DNA of 64,000 bases, from positions 158,412,001 through 158,476,000 of the forward strand of contig NC_058368.1 of the NCBI RefSeq assembly GCF_018350175.1, given 5' to 3'. A model generated the notes under the pieces. It was not told where the DNA came from. It made no database searches and saw only the letters and a list, made by a program, of their open reading frames with translations. Origin of the DNA: Felis catus. Taxonomy: Eukaryota. Below are positions 25,961 through 38,539 of the stretch, piece after piece (within the stretch, counting starts at the first letter, position 1; every line of letters starts with the position of its first letter). The position numbers were made by a program, and so were the translations under genes.

Positions 25961-26011
25961 CACCTGCAACACAGGCAGCATTTGGAAATAATTTTTAAGG
26001 CATCTGAGTGC
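25961..26011 (-). pseudogene. Fossil gene: candidate start/signal-peptide exon
   Basis: ttctttcag acceptor; ATG at 26003, MP*KLFPNAACVAG G|gtgaga (phase 1). Confidence 0.35.
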
Positions 26012-26256
26012 CTGAAAGAATGCCCAACTGGCTTTATTTGTTCATTTTTCAGCTTGCAACATGTTACAAAGAACAACCTTAGCACAGGTCTAGGGTAGTG
26101 GAGGTTGGGGATAGCTGAAGGTAGCCATTGGAGGTAAATACAAATTTGATAATAATGGAGGAACTGAAATAAACTTTGTAGAGTACTCACAGGAATTGAA
26201 AAAGATATAGCAAAATGGGGTTATTTATTACATCTCTTTTGCCTTGAGGTCAGCAT

Positions 26257-26460
26257 TTTTTTAATGTTTGTTTATTTTTGAGAAAGAAAATGCTCGGACA
26301 GGGGGTAGGGGAGAGGCAGAGAGCTAGAGGGGGACAGGGAATCTGAAGCAGATTCTGTGCTGACAGCAGAGAACCTGGAGCAGGGCTCAAACTCACAAAC
26401 CGTGAGATCATGACTGAGCCAAATTAGGATGTTTAACCGACTGTACCACCCAGGCGCCCC
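26257..26460 (-). mobile_element. CAN-SINE
   Basis: TSD TTGAGG(T/A)CAGCATTTT. Confidence 0.9.
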
Positions 26461-28859
26461 TTGAGGACAGCATTTTATCACAACACAGCATAATCACTGA
26501 TTATTACTTTAAACGTGACATGCAGGTAAACAATTTTAAAGTTTATAAAACCTTTAGAAGCTTTTTCACATGTTATCTCAAACTGATTCTGACAATGACA
26601 ATAATCCTCTGTAACAATCATGGAAAGCATTATTGTCTCTAACTTGGAAATAAGGAAGTGACTTAGTTTAAGAAGGTGACATGTTCAATTCTCTTGATTC
26701 TAGGTCCAGTTTATAGTAAAAAAACTTGAGTCATTAAAGTTTAAATCTGTTGAGCCAAAATTTTCCATTAAAAATTAGCAAAAATCTTTGAACATTTTGA
26801 CCTGTATGCTTCAACTCTTGGGAAAGTTACTTTTAACTCATTCATTCTCACTTTGGTGAGGGCCTATGAGGTAATAACACCCTGTGCCAGAAAAAGGTAG
26901 AGGTGTGGTATTTGGTCCCTACCATTCAGGAAATGATCATTTAAGGAATAATATGAAGCACAAACCTGTTAGCAGAAGGTAAGGTGGACTAGCACTAACT
27001 AAACAAGTCCTTATAGTTAGTTACGGACTGGAAGGGAGCATGTGTCACTTCCAAGGTGTCATTTGACTTGTGATAAGTAGGTTTACACAGAGGACACTGA
27101 GAGAGATGTATTGCACATAGAGTGCATCTTTAATAAGAGGAGGAAATGCTGGGCACATCCATAAATGCAAAGTTCCCTTGCCTGCCTGAAGCATGGAGTG
27201 AATACAGGGCAATCTGAAAAGAAAAAAGGGGAAAAAAACGAAAAATATTGAAAACGCATTCACTCATTCAGCAGATATGAACTGAGAAGCCAGGCTCTGC
27301 TCTACACTCTGGGCATTCATCAGTGCGCAAAGTAGACGAACTTCCCGCCTTTAAGAAGCTTATGTTCTAGCAGAGAGGTAGATAAAACAAACAAATCAAT
27401 ACATCGTGAAGTATCAGGAATTGATAAATGGTAAGAAAGAAAAAATAAAGCAGGCTGAGGTGATAGACCCTGGGTGGTAGCAAACAGGGGTGCATTCAGG
27501 TAGGAGTCCTGTTTTAGACAGAGCCACTAAGAAGAGTCTGAGTGACAGAGAGTTCAGGAGACCAGAACAAAGTGAAAGAGTGAGATATGTAAATTCCCTA
27601 GGTCGCAAACATCCCCAAGCTTATTCTCTTCCCAGAAAAAAAAAAATTAGAAACCCTTTTTGGTGAGAAATAGTTCTAAGTAATTAGCTCTGAGGTCACC
27701 TGGACCTTAATGAACTTTGTCTTACAAGATTTTGCAGATTAATCCCAGAACCTTGTTTCCTCATTCTCCCTCATCACTTCTGTTCTCATGGGCAGAGCAG
27801 AGTTCTGAGAAAACACACACAACTGAGCTCAACCCTTGGCAAGGAGTGTCACCAAATTACCCTCAGCTTCCTATATATCCTTCAACCCTTCCCTCCCTGC
27901 TGTAGAAATAGGTATCCAAGAGATGACCAGTGGTGCCTCTTGTTCTATGTGCCCTTTCCCCCACTCACCTGTTTCCAGCCAACCTCTCCTCCCCATGGTG
28001 CCCCCCTAACTACACTAAATGCCACTCTGAAAGACCCCATTCAACCCTAGATATAGGCTACCTCCTTGACTTTTGCTCATTCTGCTTTATCAAATTGTTT
28101 ATCCAGAATGAAATGATAAAATATAGTAGGAGAAAAAGAAATAAGACTTGAGAGTTAACTAGGATCTACTCATAGCAGTGGTTGAATGTTGAGCCAAAGC
28201 ACAGGCTGCAAACTCAAATGCACACCAGGACAAGGCATGAATACCAGTATATGTAGAAGGTCTGTGAGACAATGAGAGCCAAGCTTGTTATATTTCACTT
28301 GAGAATAACATTGTATGGCTCTATCACCCTTCAATGCCCTAGGATCTAAACAAAACAACCAGGCAGAACATGAAAGAATCCATGTGGCACATAGGCTGTC
28401 AGTTGGCCCCCCATGGTCTCAATATGGAGAGCTGCATCTGTGTGTAAACGGGAGGAAACCATGGAAAGGTTTTAAGCAGGGGGTGGCATGATCAAGCAAT
28501 AGTGTACAGGATGAATCTGCTAGCTGGCATCATACTAGTAAACTTCTGGACCAGGGCTTGAGGAACTAGGGAGACCTGTTTGTGAGGAGTATTGAGGACC
28601 TAGATTGCTTTACTGACTGTGGGAATATTTTAAAAGTTGACTAAAAAGAGATTGAAAATGAGGAATCAAAATGACTTGGTAACATAGTGGAGAGGGGCAG
28701 AATCAAAATAATTATATGGTCTAATCACTGATAATGGAGGAGGGTTTGAAGCAAGGAGGAAATCTAGTGCTTTCTGAACTAAAGTTCTTGTCCTAAGCCC
28801 CATTCGAATATACAAAAATGAACCAGCCAGTGCTGTAATCAGGAAGTATGCAAAGTTCT

Positions 28860-29050
28860 TTTTTTTTTTTTAATTTTTTGTAATGTTTATTTATTTTTGA
28901 GAGGGAGAGAGAGAGAGAGAGGCAGAGAGAAAAGGAGACAAAGAATCTGAAACAGCTCCAGGCTTTGAGCTGTCAGCCAGAGTCCATGTGGAGTCAAACC
29001 CACGAACTGAAAGATCATGACCTGAGCCAACTGAGCCACCTAGGCGCCCT
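28860..29050 (-). mobile_element. CAN-SINE in the ERAP2 proximal promoter
   Basis: Degenerate 19-bp TSD at 28841-28859 and 29051-29069. Confidence 0.9.
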
Positions 29051-29100
29051 AGGAAGTACGCCAAATTCTGAGTCTAAACAGAAAGTGAAATTAAAAGTAA
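29051..29100 (+). promoter_or_regulatory. ERAP2 promoter remnant: ETS core AGGAAGT (29051-29057) and IRF/ISRE element GAAAGTGAAA (29081-29090)
   Basis: Motifs read directly, 50-90 bp upstream of the exon 1 donor. ERAP2 is a known IFN-gamma/IRF-regulated gene. Confidence 0.7.
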
Positions 29101-29109
29101 ATTCTGCTT

Positions 29110-29138
29110 CATTCAAATCTCCAACAGTGTGGATTAAG
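29110..29138 (+). pseudogene. ERAP2: ERAP2 exon 1 (non-coding; 5' end approximate)
   Basis: TTCAAATCTCCAACAGTGTGGATTAAG|GTAAC donor; resembles the human ERAP2 first exon as recalled. Confidence 0.65.
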
Positions 29139-30136
29139 GTAACACATCAACATTTCTCTAATTTTTCTTAAAACTCAGAATTTTTCAGTGACGATAATGA
29201 CCTGAGCTTAGGGTGTAAAACTGCTGTATTGAGATCTTGTAATCTAATCTGAGGCTCTGGAGAAAGGGGATGAATCTGGCATTACTGTCTTGAAAAATAT
29301 GTGAACTTAAGGTTGGGAATTGATTCAAGAATCCTTCTGTTGTAACGACTCAACTCTTTTTTGGAGATCTAAATTTAGCCTTTCCCAAACACTGGCTGCA
29401 ATTCCTGTGTCTTCGATGTTTTGTTCACTGCAATGCTACTGAAGGTGGTCAATAATATAAAGGAAAGTTCCCTAGACTAAAGATCAAAGGACTGTATTTT
29501 AGTCCTAATTTTGCTTCAAATTCCCCATGTGATTTTGGGAAAGTCACTTCTCAGCTTCTTTATCTGGATGCCAAAGACTTACACTTGCTGGCCTAAGTCC
29601 CTATCAGATCTAACATTAAAGGCCATATGAGTAAATAGAAATGCCTTTCTCTTCAGTCTCACCAATAAAATACAGCTTTCCAGGAGTATGTCCATTACAA
29701 GTATGGGAAAAAACTAATCTTAAATTTAGGCCAGAGATTCCAAGTTATAATAATTTAATATTTTACCTTCATTATGTGCTTTGTATATGCTAATTTCAGT
29801 GCTATGCCAAATTCTTCACATGAATTATTTCATTTAATTCTCCTAAAGTAAGGATGGTATGATTATTACACTGTTTTTTTAAGGTGAGGAAACTTATGCT
29901 CAAAAAAATAAGAAAATTTGCCCAAAAATCATACAGGTAAGTGTGCTGGAACTCGTATTGGAATCTAAACACTCTGATTCTCAAGCTCATGACCTATCAA
30001 ATAAGCAGTTTCATTTTTTAAGCAATCATAAATTTAAGCTAATAAACCAATGATGGTTTTGTGTGTCAGAGGTTCTTGGAACACTAATGTTTGGTAGCCA
30101 TGATTCAATGCTTATCTAAAAAAGAGAAAAGTGTCT

Positions 30137-30756
30137 TTTTTTTAATAAAAAAAATTCCCCAGTTTTATTGAGACATAATGAACATATAACATTATGTAAG
30201 TTTAAAGGGTACAGAGTGTTGATTTGATACAATAATGTATTGGAAAATGATTACCACCATAGCATTAGCTAACACCTCCATCCCATTACATAATTACCAT
30301 TTCTTTTTTGTGGTGAGAACATTACGGATCTACTCTTTTGAAGGTACATTGAGAATCTATTCAACATTCAAGTATAAGATACAGTATTATTACCTATAAT
30401 CATCATGCTGTACAATAGATCCCTAGAAGTTGTTAAATCTTTTAACTATAATTTTGTACCCATTTCCCCCACTGCACAACTCCTGGTAACCACCATGCTA
30501 CTCTCTATTTCTCTGAGTTCAGCTTTTTAAGCTTCCAAACATACTTGGTGTATAGTACTTATTTGCCTTTCTCTGTTTGATTTATTTCACTTAGCACAAT
30601 GTCCTCAAGTTCCATCCATTTTATTGCAGATGGCAGTATTTCCTTCTTTCTCATGGCTGAATAACATCCCATTGCAGAAATACATACCACATCACCTTTA
30701 CTTGTTGATCCATTGATGGACACTAGGTTGCTTCCATATCTTGGCTTTAGTGAATA
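30137..30756 (-). mobile_element. Older L1 3' fragment in ERAP2 intron 1
   Basis: Reverse-complement L1 3' end (tttatttcacttagc, ttccatatcttggct). Confidence 0.85.
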
Positions 30757-31764
30757 AGAAGTGTCATCATTTGACCATTAGTCTATTCTTCTTTTTGTTT
30801 TTGTTGTTCTGGTTCCTTTAACAATATCTGTTTGTCTACATTAATATTACAAATTAGAAAATTAAAATAACTGGATAATTAATTCTAAAGAACTTGTTAA
30901 AGATAAAAAAGAAAAGGAAAGGAAACCATTCACAGATTGAGTTGGAGTTGGAAGTAAGTAGAGGCAGCTGGCAGGATGGGAGTCAGAGCTGAATCATGTA
31001 AACTAACCGTATTGTTTGTCCTAATTTTATATTTTATATTTTTACCCATTGGATAAGAAGAAATAATCTTAATTCTATTTAGAGGCAGTGAATTCAATTT
31101 GATATAATTTCATTTTCAAAGGTAGCCTAAGATGACAAGCACCAAAACAACTTTTTAAATATTTTCACTAAGAATATTATGAACTCAAAATTTTATTCTA
31201 TAGTTTTTGATATATTGGAATTATGCCAAAGTTAAAAACCTAACTTGACCAGCAACTCTTCCACCCATGGCTATAGAATAAGGCCGTTCAGAAGATGTTA
31301 TTTATTGAAAGAGATAAAGTTCAATGCTATTAATAATAATATCTGGCATCCAAAAAATATAGAGTTTCTTTGTGACTCATTAAGACAAAATAGAGACCAA
31401 CTGTGCAGCTTATTCTCAGGTGTCCAGAATACTCTTAGAATGATGTAGACAAATGTTAAAAGCATTTAACATGCAATGAATTTGCATACCTGCCTTATGC
31501 TCTTTGCATAGGAATATAGAGGGAATTCTATACATGCAATTTTGAGGCAGAGTCCTTTCATATGAACTCTAAATGATTTTTATTTGTAATAACCAAATGA
31601 TAGCTCAATTTCTACTTTATTGTGTGGTTATTGGCTTGATTCTGACAGAGTGCAGGTTTTCTCCATTCACATATTCACTTTTATTTTTTTTAAGTTTTGT
31701 TTATTAATTGGATTCTTTTTTTACATGCTATAAATGTTTTTGTTTTTTGTTTTTTTCCTTCTAG

Positions 31765-32414
31765 ATCAAATCCACACATTGATCAGTGTGACGTAACTAG
31801 AGCTAGTGCAGTGCTGGAGAATATTGTGAGATTTAGCCTGGATATTAATCTGTCTTCTGGAAAATAGATTTCTGAAACGGCCAAATCATGCAGAAAACTA
31901 ATATTTAATATTTATATGGGATTTTACTGTCCAACCATCATACCCAAAATATGCATTTGTTCTCAATTTTCAATGCCATCTATTGATCAGTTCAATAAGG
32001 GCCCTGGGGTTTAGTATCCACCAACGGGGAACCATTTCTTTGGAATGAGCTAAGGTTCCCCAGCATGGTCATTACCCTTCACTATGATTGGTCCATCCAA
32101 ATCTTACCTCCCTGGGCTTTATCACATCTGAGAAGATTGGTCAGAGATGCTGCACTATATATCATCTTGCACAGCAAAGGTCTTGAAATCATGAATATCA
32201 TCCTTCGATCAGAGGAAGATTTGAGATACAGGAAACCAGGAAAAAAGCTGAATGTTTTGAGTTTTGCTGCTCATCAACAAATTGCATTTCTGGCTCTAGA
32301 GAAACTCATGGATGATTTGAGTTAACCTGTGGCCATTGACCTCTAGGCCAAGTCAGCCGGTGGTTTTGAAGGGTTTTATAAAAGCACATACAGATCTTGT
32401 GGTGGTAAAACAAG
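31765..32414 (+). pseudogene. ERAP2: ERAP2 exon 2 (first coding exon), disabled
   Basis: Acceptor ttccttctag. ACG at 31877 in place of the start ATG, then AKSCRKLIFNIYMGFYC. Frameshift with TAG at 32012, two further small deletions, TAA 32323, TAG 32344. Ends GFEGFYKSTYRSCGGKT AG|gtagga. Confidence 0.95.
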
Positions 32415-33715
32415 GTAGGACATTGCTCTAGCTGTTTAGTCTCTTGTGATTACTTTCCTAATGGGTTACATCTTTTTGCCAGAAACACATTTCAGCAGTC
32501 ATTTATGGAAATCTCAGTAAACTGTGAAAAACTTGGAAGAAGAAGCAGCTCCATCATTTCTTAAGGAAATCTCGGTAAAGATGGGAACACAGAGTGCAGA
32601 AGCATAAACAGCTAGAGGGAGAATCACTAGAAGGACACACCAGTATGTGTCTGTAATAAGGTAAACATGTTTATGTGCTGGGGGGAGGATGGTGATGGAT
32701 GGCACAGAAAGGTGAAATAGGGCAGGCTTCTCAAAGGAGGTGAGTCTTGATATGGGACTAGACAGAAATGCAAATGAGATTTAGCTTGAGAGAGAAGAAG
32801 GAGAGTGTGTGTACATTGCCCAAGAAATGGCATGACTCAAATCCAGGAGGCAGGAACAAGTCTGGAGAATTGACAAATATAGTCAATTTGATCAGTTCAT
32901 GGTTATTGAACACTACATGCTATATGCCAGGCACTGTTCTAGGCATGGAATGTGTAGTGGTGAAATATGTGGAAAGGGACAACCAGGACAAGAAAATAAA
33001 TTAAATGGACAAGGTAAATGATAAATGCTATGAAGGAAATAAAATAAGGTGCTAAAATACAAAGAAAGGGTAGCTGGGGATTGGAACTAATTTATCTAAG
33101 TGGTCAGGAAAGTCCCTGCCAAAGAGTTGCATTTAAACTGAGAATAGTGTTTTTTTAAAAAAGGAAAAAATCATGAGGACATCTTTGGGTAGAGTATTCC
33201 CAGAAAAGGGAGCAAGAAGTACAAAGGGTCTGAGGTTTGACTGATTGACCAGCATGGCTTGAGGACAGTGACAATGGATAGAAGTAGAGTAGAGAGGGGT
33301 CAGATCATAAAAGACTTTGAGCCTCTTGCAAGGAGTTTAAACTTTTACTCCAGTGCCATGGGGATTCATCAGGAGGTTCTGATCCGATGTATGCTCCATA
33401 AAGCTCAAGTATATGTTAAGAATACATTATAGAGAGGGGGACGTAGAGAACAATAATCATTTAGGAGGTCATTGCAGTGGTAGAACCAAGAAATACGGGT
33501 AGCTTAAGCCAGGCTAGTGACCATGCTTCTGGAGTGAAGTGATGGAACTTGGCATTTGTTTTAGAGGGTGAAACAGACAGAATTTGGTGATATATTAGTT
33601 ATGTGAGATTAGAAAAAAAGAGGAATCAGTGGTGCTTCATAGTGGATGATTTGGTTGTCCAGGGCCAGGGTCCATCTGGGAGGGAAGAGGAGTCTAGTTT
33701 CAGTGCTTTCCCACA

Positions 33716-34195
33716 TTTTATCAGGGACATCCAATTGCCAGTTAGAAAAACCTAGATACAATGGCTTAACCACACAGAGGATCATTTTCCTCTTGCAACA
33801 AGAAGTCCAGAAACAGGACAGCTCAGGTATGTTACAGCAGTGTTCAGTGTTGTCCAGGACCCAAGCTTCTTCTACCTCTCTGCTCAGCACCCTTGGCACG
33901 TGGTCTTCCTTCTAATACAGAATTATTTCTGCACCTCTAGGCATCAAGTCCACATTGTAGGTGGGAAGAAGGGGGAAAGAGAGGGGGAGAAAAAGGCAAA
34001 AAGGAACATTCCAACTGAGTGTAATTCCTTTTACAAAGTTTTCTCACCCAAATACTGACCAAGCCAGAATGAGTCATACTGCCCCACCAAGCTGCAAGGG
34101 AATGTGAAGAGGTGGTTCTTTTATCTGGACTCACTATCTTCCTGAGTAAAATCAGAATTCCATTGGAAGTGAAAAAGGAAAGTGAGTAGGTGACT
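33716..34195 (-). mobile_element. MLT1 (MaLR) LTR remnant
   Basis: caatggcttaac..caagaagtccag..ccaagctgcaaggga motifs; boundaries approximate. Confidence 0.55.
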
Positions 34196-36144
34196 TTAGC
34201 AATGTCTGCTACATATCACTTCTTTCCCACCTTAGGTGCTCACTACCCTCTGAGGACTCCTGTGACCACCCTCCCCCCCCACCCCACTTCAAACCCACCC
34301 GCAGTACACTTCGGACAGTCCTCCCCCAGGCCCAGGTCTTTGCCCCTCCCCCTGGGGATTCTTCATTGCAGCCTCAACTCTCATGGATCTGTTCTCAGGC
34401 CAACATAGTATTGGGTAGGAACTTTATCATCAATTTCTTCTCCCTGAGGTAACATGTGACCAGTAATGTTGTTTTTTGTTTGTTTGTTTTGTTTTGTTTT
34501 GTTTTGTTTCATTTTTTCAAGTGACAAAGAGTCCACCCAAAGGAAATAGTTTTTAAGAATATCATTTTGGGAGATGTGGGAAACTGGAGGGGAGATTTTT
34601 TTGAGTAAAGGTGGAGGACTTTTCAACATGTCTCACGTAACTAACTTTAGGCTATTTCTGACTCTTCTTATGATTAATTGGTTCTCTTCATACTCAGTCC
34701 CCTAGTAGGTCTAACATGTAGGATGATTTTGCAGGACAATGTCAACAGACTCTTATGGATACCTTTCTCCCTCTCTCTCTCACTGTCTGTCTCACACACA
34801 CAAGTACAACTTAACCTAAAATATAAAAATAATCTAGTCAACAATCATTCTTTGAGAAGCAATAAATCACTACTTCATATGCAGAGCTAAAACTAATGGT
34901 GCAAATAGCAGAAAAAATATTAGATTTTTTGCTTTCCTCATGTAGGCTTACTATAAACAAAATTTCACAATAGTGAAAATTATTCTAGGCGTGTGGAATT
35001 CCTTTACACGTGGTAGCTGCTACCAAATCCAAATAAGACCCCAAGTTCCAAGCAAATCGTTTAGATCGCCAGCCTCATCTTTCCAATCTGTATTGTAGAT
35101 ACACAATAAATTGACTCACAATTATCCTGACAGCCCCTCTTTTTTCCCTCCGAGTCCTTCTTACTCTTTATCTAACCCTAGAGATTTTTTAATTCTTCCC
35201 TCCTTCTCCAATAAAAATCTGCTCTGCCAGTTTGTTTCTTAATGGAAGTTTAAAGTTCAAAGAATAAATCTATAATTCAATTTCAAGTATTATCAAGGTG
35301 ATGAGGTATAGAGATTTGTCAGAATATCTATGTACCTATTATAGTCTGAGAACTGGAACTACTTTGCCGGCAAGCAGAGAGAGCTAGACATTTCTGGGAG
35401 TTAGGTCCCCCATGGGGTACAAATGGTACAAAGTATGAAAACAGCTCCTTGCCTTCAGTAGGGGAAAACTTAAAAGGTATAGTTTCCATTCCAGAGCTTC
35501 TCCAGAGATCAGGCTGAAGCTGGACCCAACCTGGCTTTTTCCCCTACCCTGTCCTGCTTCCTTCACTCCTTACTGGTTTTCTGGAAGCATGTTTTTAATA
35601 AATCAGGGTCTGCTTTCTGAGAACACAACCTAAGACATCACTCATATTCACAAGTATTCAAATCTCTGATTAAGGGCCCCTTAGGTTTAAAGACAGTGCT
35701 GAACTACTAATATCTTAGTTTTGGTGTCAAATTGATTGGGCATGCCCATGTCAGTTGTTTAGTGACTAAGGATCCTGGTAGGGTCATTCAAATTCTCTGA
35801 GCCTCAATATCCTTGTCTACTATGAGTATGAAGGAGACCATGTAAGTAGAATGCCCAGAACTGTTCATTATTCATGATTGGCAGCTACTAAATAAAATTT
35901 TACCCCTGTTTTATTTAAAAAGACAACCTAGATTCACTAAGATTATAGTTTGGGAAGTTTTAGAAGTCAAATATATCACCTCCAGGTTTGATAAGCTGTG
36001 TTCTGAAGGTATAGTTCATTATTTTCTTGGTTTCTCTTGTATAACCTGGCTGGTGGCTTCTTCATTTCACAGAATATTTGCAGTAATGGATTTTGAGCCA
36101 ACCCATTCACGGATTGGTTTTTCCTTGCTTTCATGAACCACTGT

Positions 36145-36182
36145 ATGTATGTACATATATACATACATATATACATATATAC

Positions 36183-36222
<40 letters not shown>

Positions 36223-37579
36223 TTCAAATTGGCTTCCATATAACACCCAGTGCTCATCCCAACAGGTGCCCTCCTCAATACTCATCACCCACTTTCCCCT
36301 GTCCCCCACTGCCCATCAACCCTCAGTTTGTTCTCAGTATTTAAGAGTCTCTTATGGTGTACCTCCTTCCCTCTCTCTAACTCTTTTTTCCTCCTTCCCT
36401 CCCCCGCTGGTCTTCCGTTAAGTTTCTCAGGAGCCACATATGAGTGAAAACATATGGTATCTGTCTGTTCTCTGCCTGACTTATTTCACTTAGCATAATA
36501 CTCTCCAGTTCCATCCACATTGCTACAAATGGCCAGATTTCAATATTTCTCATTGCCAAGTAGTATTCCATTGTATATATAAACCACATTGTCTTTATTC
36601 ATTTGTCAGTTGATGGACATTTAGACTCCTTCCATAATTTGGCTATTGTTGAGAGTGCTGCTATAAACATTGGGGTACAAGTGCCCCTATGCATCAGCAC
36701 TCCTGTATCCCTTGGGTAAATTCCTAGCAGTGCTATTTCTGGGTCATTGGGTAGATCTATATTTAATTTTTTGAGGAACCTCCACTCTGTTTTCCAGAGT
36801 GGCTGCCCCAGTTTGCATTCCCACTAACAGTGCAAGAGGGTTCCCATTTCTCCACATCTTCTCTGGCATCTATAGTCTCCTGATTTGTTCATTTTAGCCA
36901 CTCTGACTGGCATGAGGTGGTATCTCAGTGTGGTTTTGATTTGTATTTCCCTTATGAGGAGTGACATTGAGCATCTTTTCATGTGCCTGTTGGCCATCTG
37001 GATATCTTCTTTAGAAAAGTGTCTATTCATGTACTCTTCCCTTCTTCATTTCTTCACTGGATAATTTGTTTTTTGGGTGTGGAGTTTGGTGAGTTCTTTA
37101 TAGATTTTGGATACTAGCCTTTTATCCGATATGTAATTTGCAAATATCTTTTCCTAGTCTCTCTGTCGCCTTTCAGTTTTGTTGACTATTTCCTTTGCAG
37201 TGCAGAAGATTTTTATCTTGATGAGGTCCCAATAGTTCATTTTTGCTTTTAATTCCCTTGTCTTTGGAGATGTGTCAAGTAAGAAACTGCTGCAGCTGAG
37301 GTCAGAGAGGTTTTTCCCTGCTTTCTCCTCTAGGGTTTTGATGGTTTCCTGTCTCACATTCAGGTTCTTCATCTATTTTGAGTTTATTTTTGTGAATGGT
37401 GTAAGAAAGTGGTCTAGTTTAATTCTTCTACATGTTGCTGTCCAGTTCCCCCAGCACCATTTGTTAAAGAGACTGTCTTTTTTCCATTGGATATTCTTTC
37501 CTGCTTTGTCAAAGATTAGTTGGCCATACTTTTGTGGGTCTAATTCTGAAGTCTCTATTGTATTCCATTGGTCTATGTG
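36145..37579 (-). mobile_element. 5'-truncated L1 in ERAP2 exon 3 (tail converted to a TA/TACA microsatellite)
   Basis: ORF2 C-terminus and 3' UTR on the - strand; TSD ATGAACCACTGT at 36133-36144 and 37581-37592. Confidence 0.95.
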
Positions 37580-37608
37580 GATGAACCACTGTTTAAAGCC
37601 AACTTTTC

Positions 37609-38539
37609 TCAAATAGTCCAGTGAAGAAATGGGCAGAAGACATGAATAGATACTTTTCCAAAGAAGACATCCAGATGGCCAACAGATACATGTAAAGATG
37701 CTCAACATCACTCCTCATCAGGGAAATACAAATCAAAACCACACTGAAATACCACCTCACATCAGTCAGCTAAAATTAACAACTCCGGAAACAACAGATG
37801 CTGGTGAATATGTGGAGAAATGGGAAGCCTCTTGCACTGTTGGTGGGAATGCAAACTGGGGCAGCCATTCTGGAAAATAGAGTGGAGGTTCCTCAAAAAA
37901 TTAAAAATAGAACTACCCTACGACCCAGCAATAGCACTGTTAGGAATTTATCCAAAAGATACAGGAGGGTTGATGCATAGGGGCACTTGTACCCCAATGT
38001 TTATAGCAGCACTTTCAACAATAGCCAAACTATGGAAAGAGCCTAAGTGTACATCAAGTGATGAATGGATAAAAAAGATAAGGTTTATACATACAATTGA
38101 ATACTACTTGGCAATGAGAAAGAATGAAACCATGCCATTTGCAGGAACATGGATGGAAATGGAGGGTATTAAGCTAAGTGAAATAAGTCAGTTCAGGGAA
38201 AGACAGATATCATGTGTTTTCACTCATATGTGGAACTTGAGAAATTTAACGGAAGACCATGGGGGAAGGGAAGGGGAAAAAATAGTAACAGAGAAGATGG
38301 GAGGCAAACCATAACAGACTCTTAAATACGGAGAACAAACTGAGGGTTCTTAGTGGAGGGGCGGGAAGAGGGGGAAATGGGTGACAGACACTGAGGAGGG
38401 TACATGTTGGGATGAGCACTAGGTGTTGTATGTAAGTGATAAGTCATGGGAATCTACCCCCCAAACTAACAGCACACTGTATATACTGTATGTTAGCCAA
38501 CTTGACAATAAATTACATTAAAAAATTAAATTAAAAAAA
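37609..38539 (+). mobile_element. 5'-truncated L1 in ERAP2 exon 3
   Basis: ORF2 C-terminus ([17 protein letters not shown]) and 3' UTR; TSD TAAAGCCAACTTTTC at 37594-37608 and 38540-38554. Confidence 0.95.

Larger units (their letters stand above)
6000..27213 (-). pseudogene. Putative fossil multi-exon gene for a type-I membrane protein (cadherin-like and SEA-like ectodomain, TM exon), head-to-head with ERAP2; both ends approximate
   Basis: About 20 segments of 16-206 nt, each with polypyrimidine-AG and GT/GC flanks, all on the - strand. Seven consecutive exons (11037 to 6425) are phase-compatible. A hydrophobic TM exon lies near the 3' end. Scattered stops and frameshifts. Confidence 0.62.

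Noticed and set aside
36145..38539. Single twin-primed (5'-inverted) L1
   Set aside because: Both halves have their own 3' UTR, tail and TSD, and host exon sequence lies between them.
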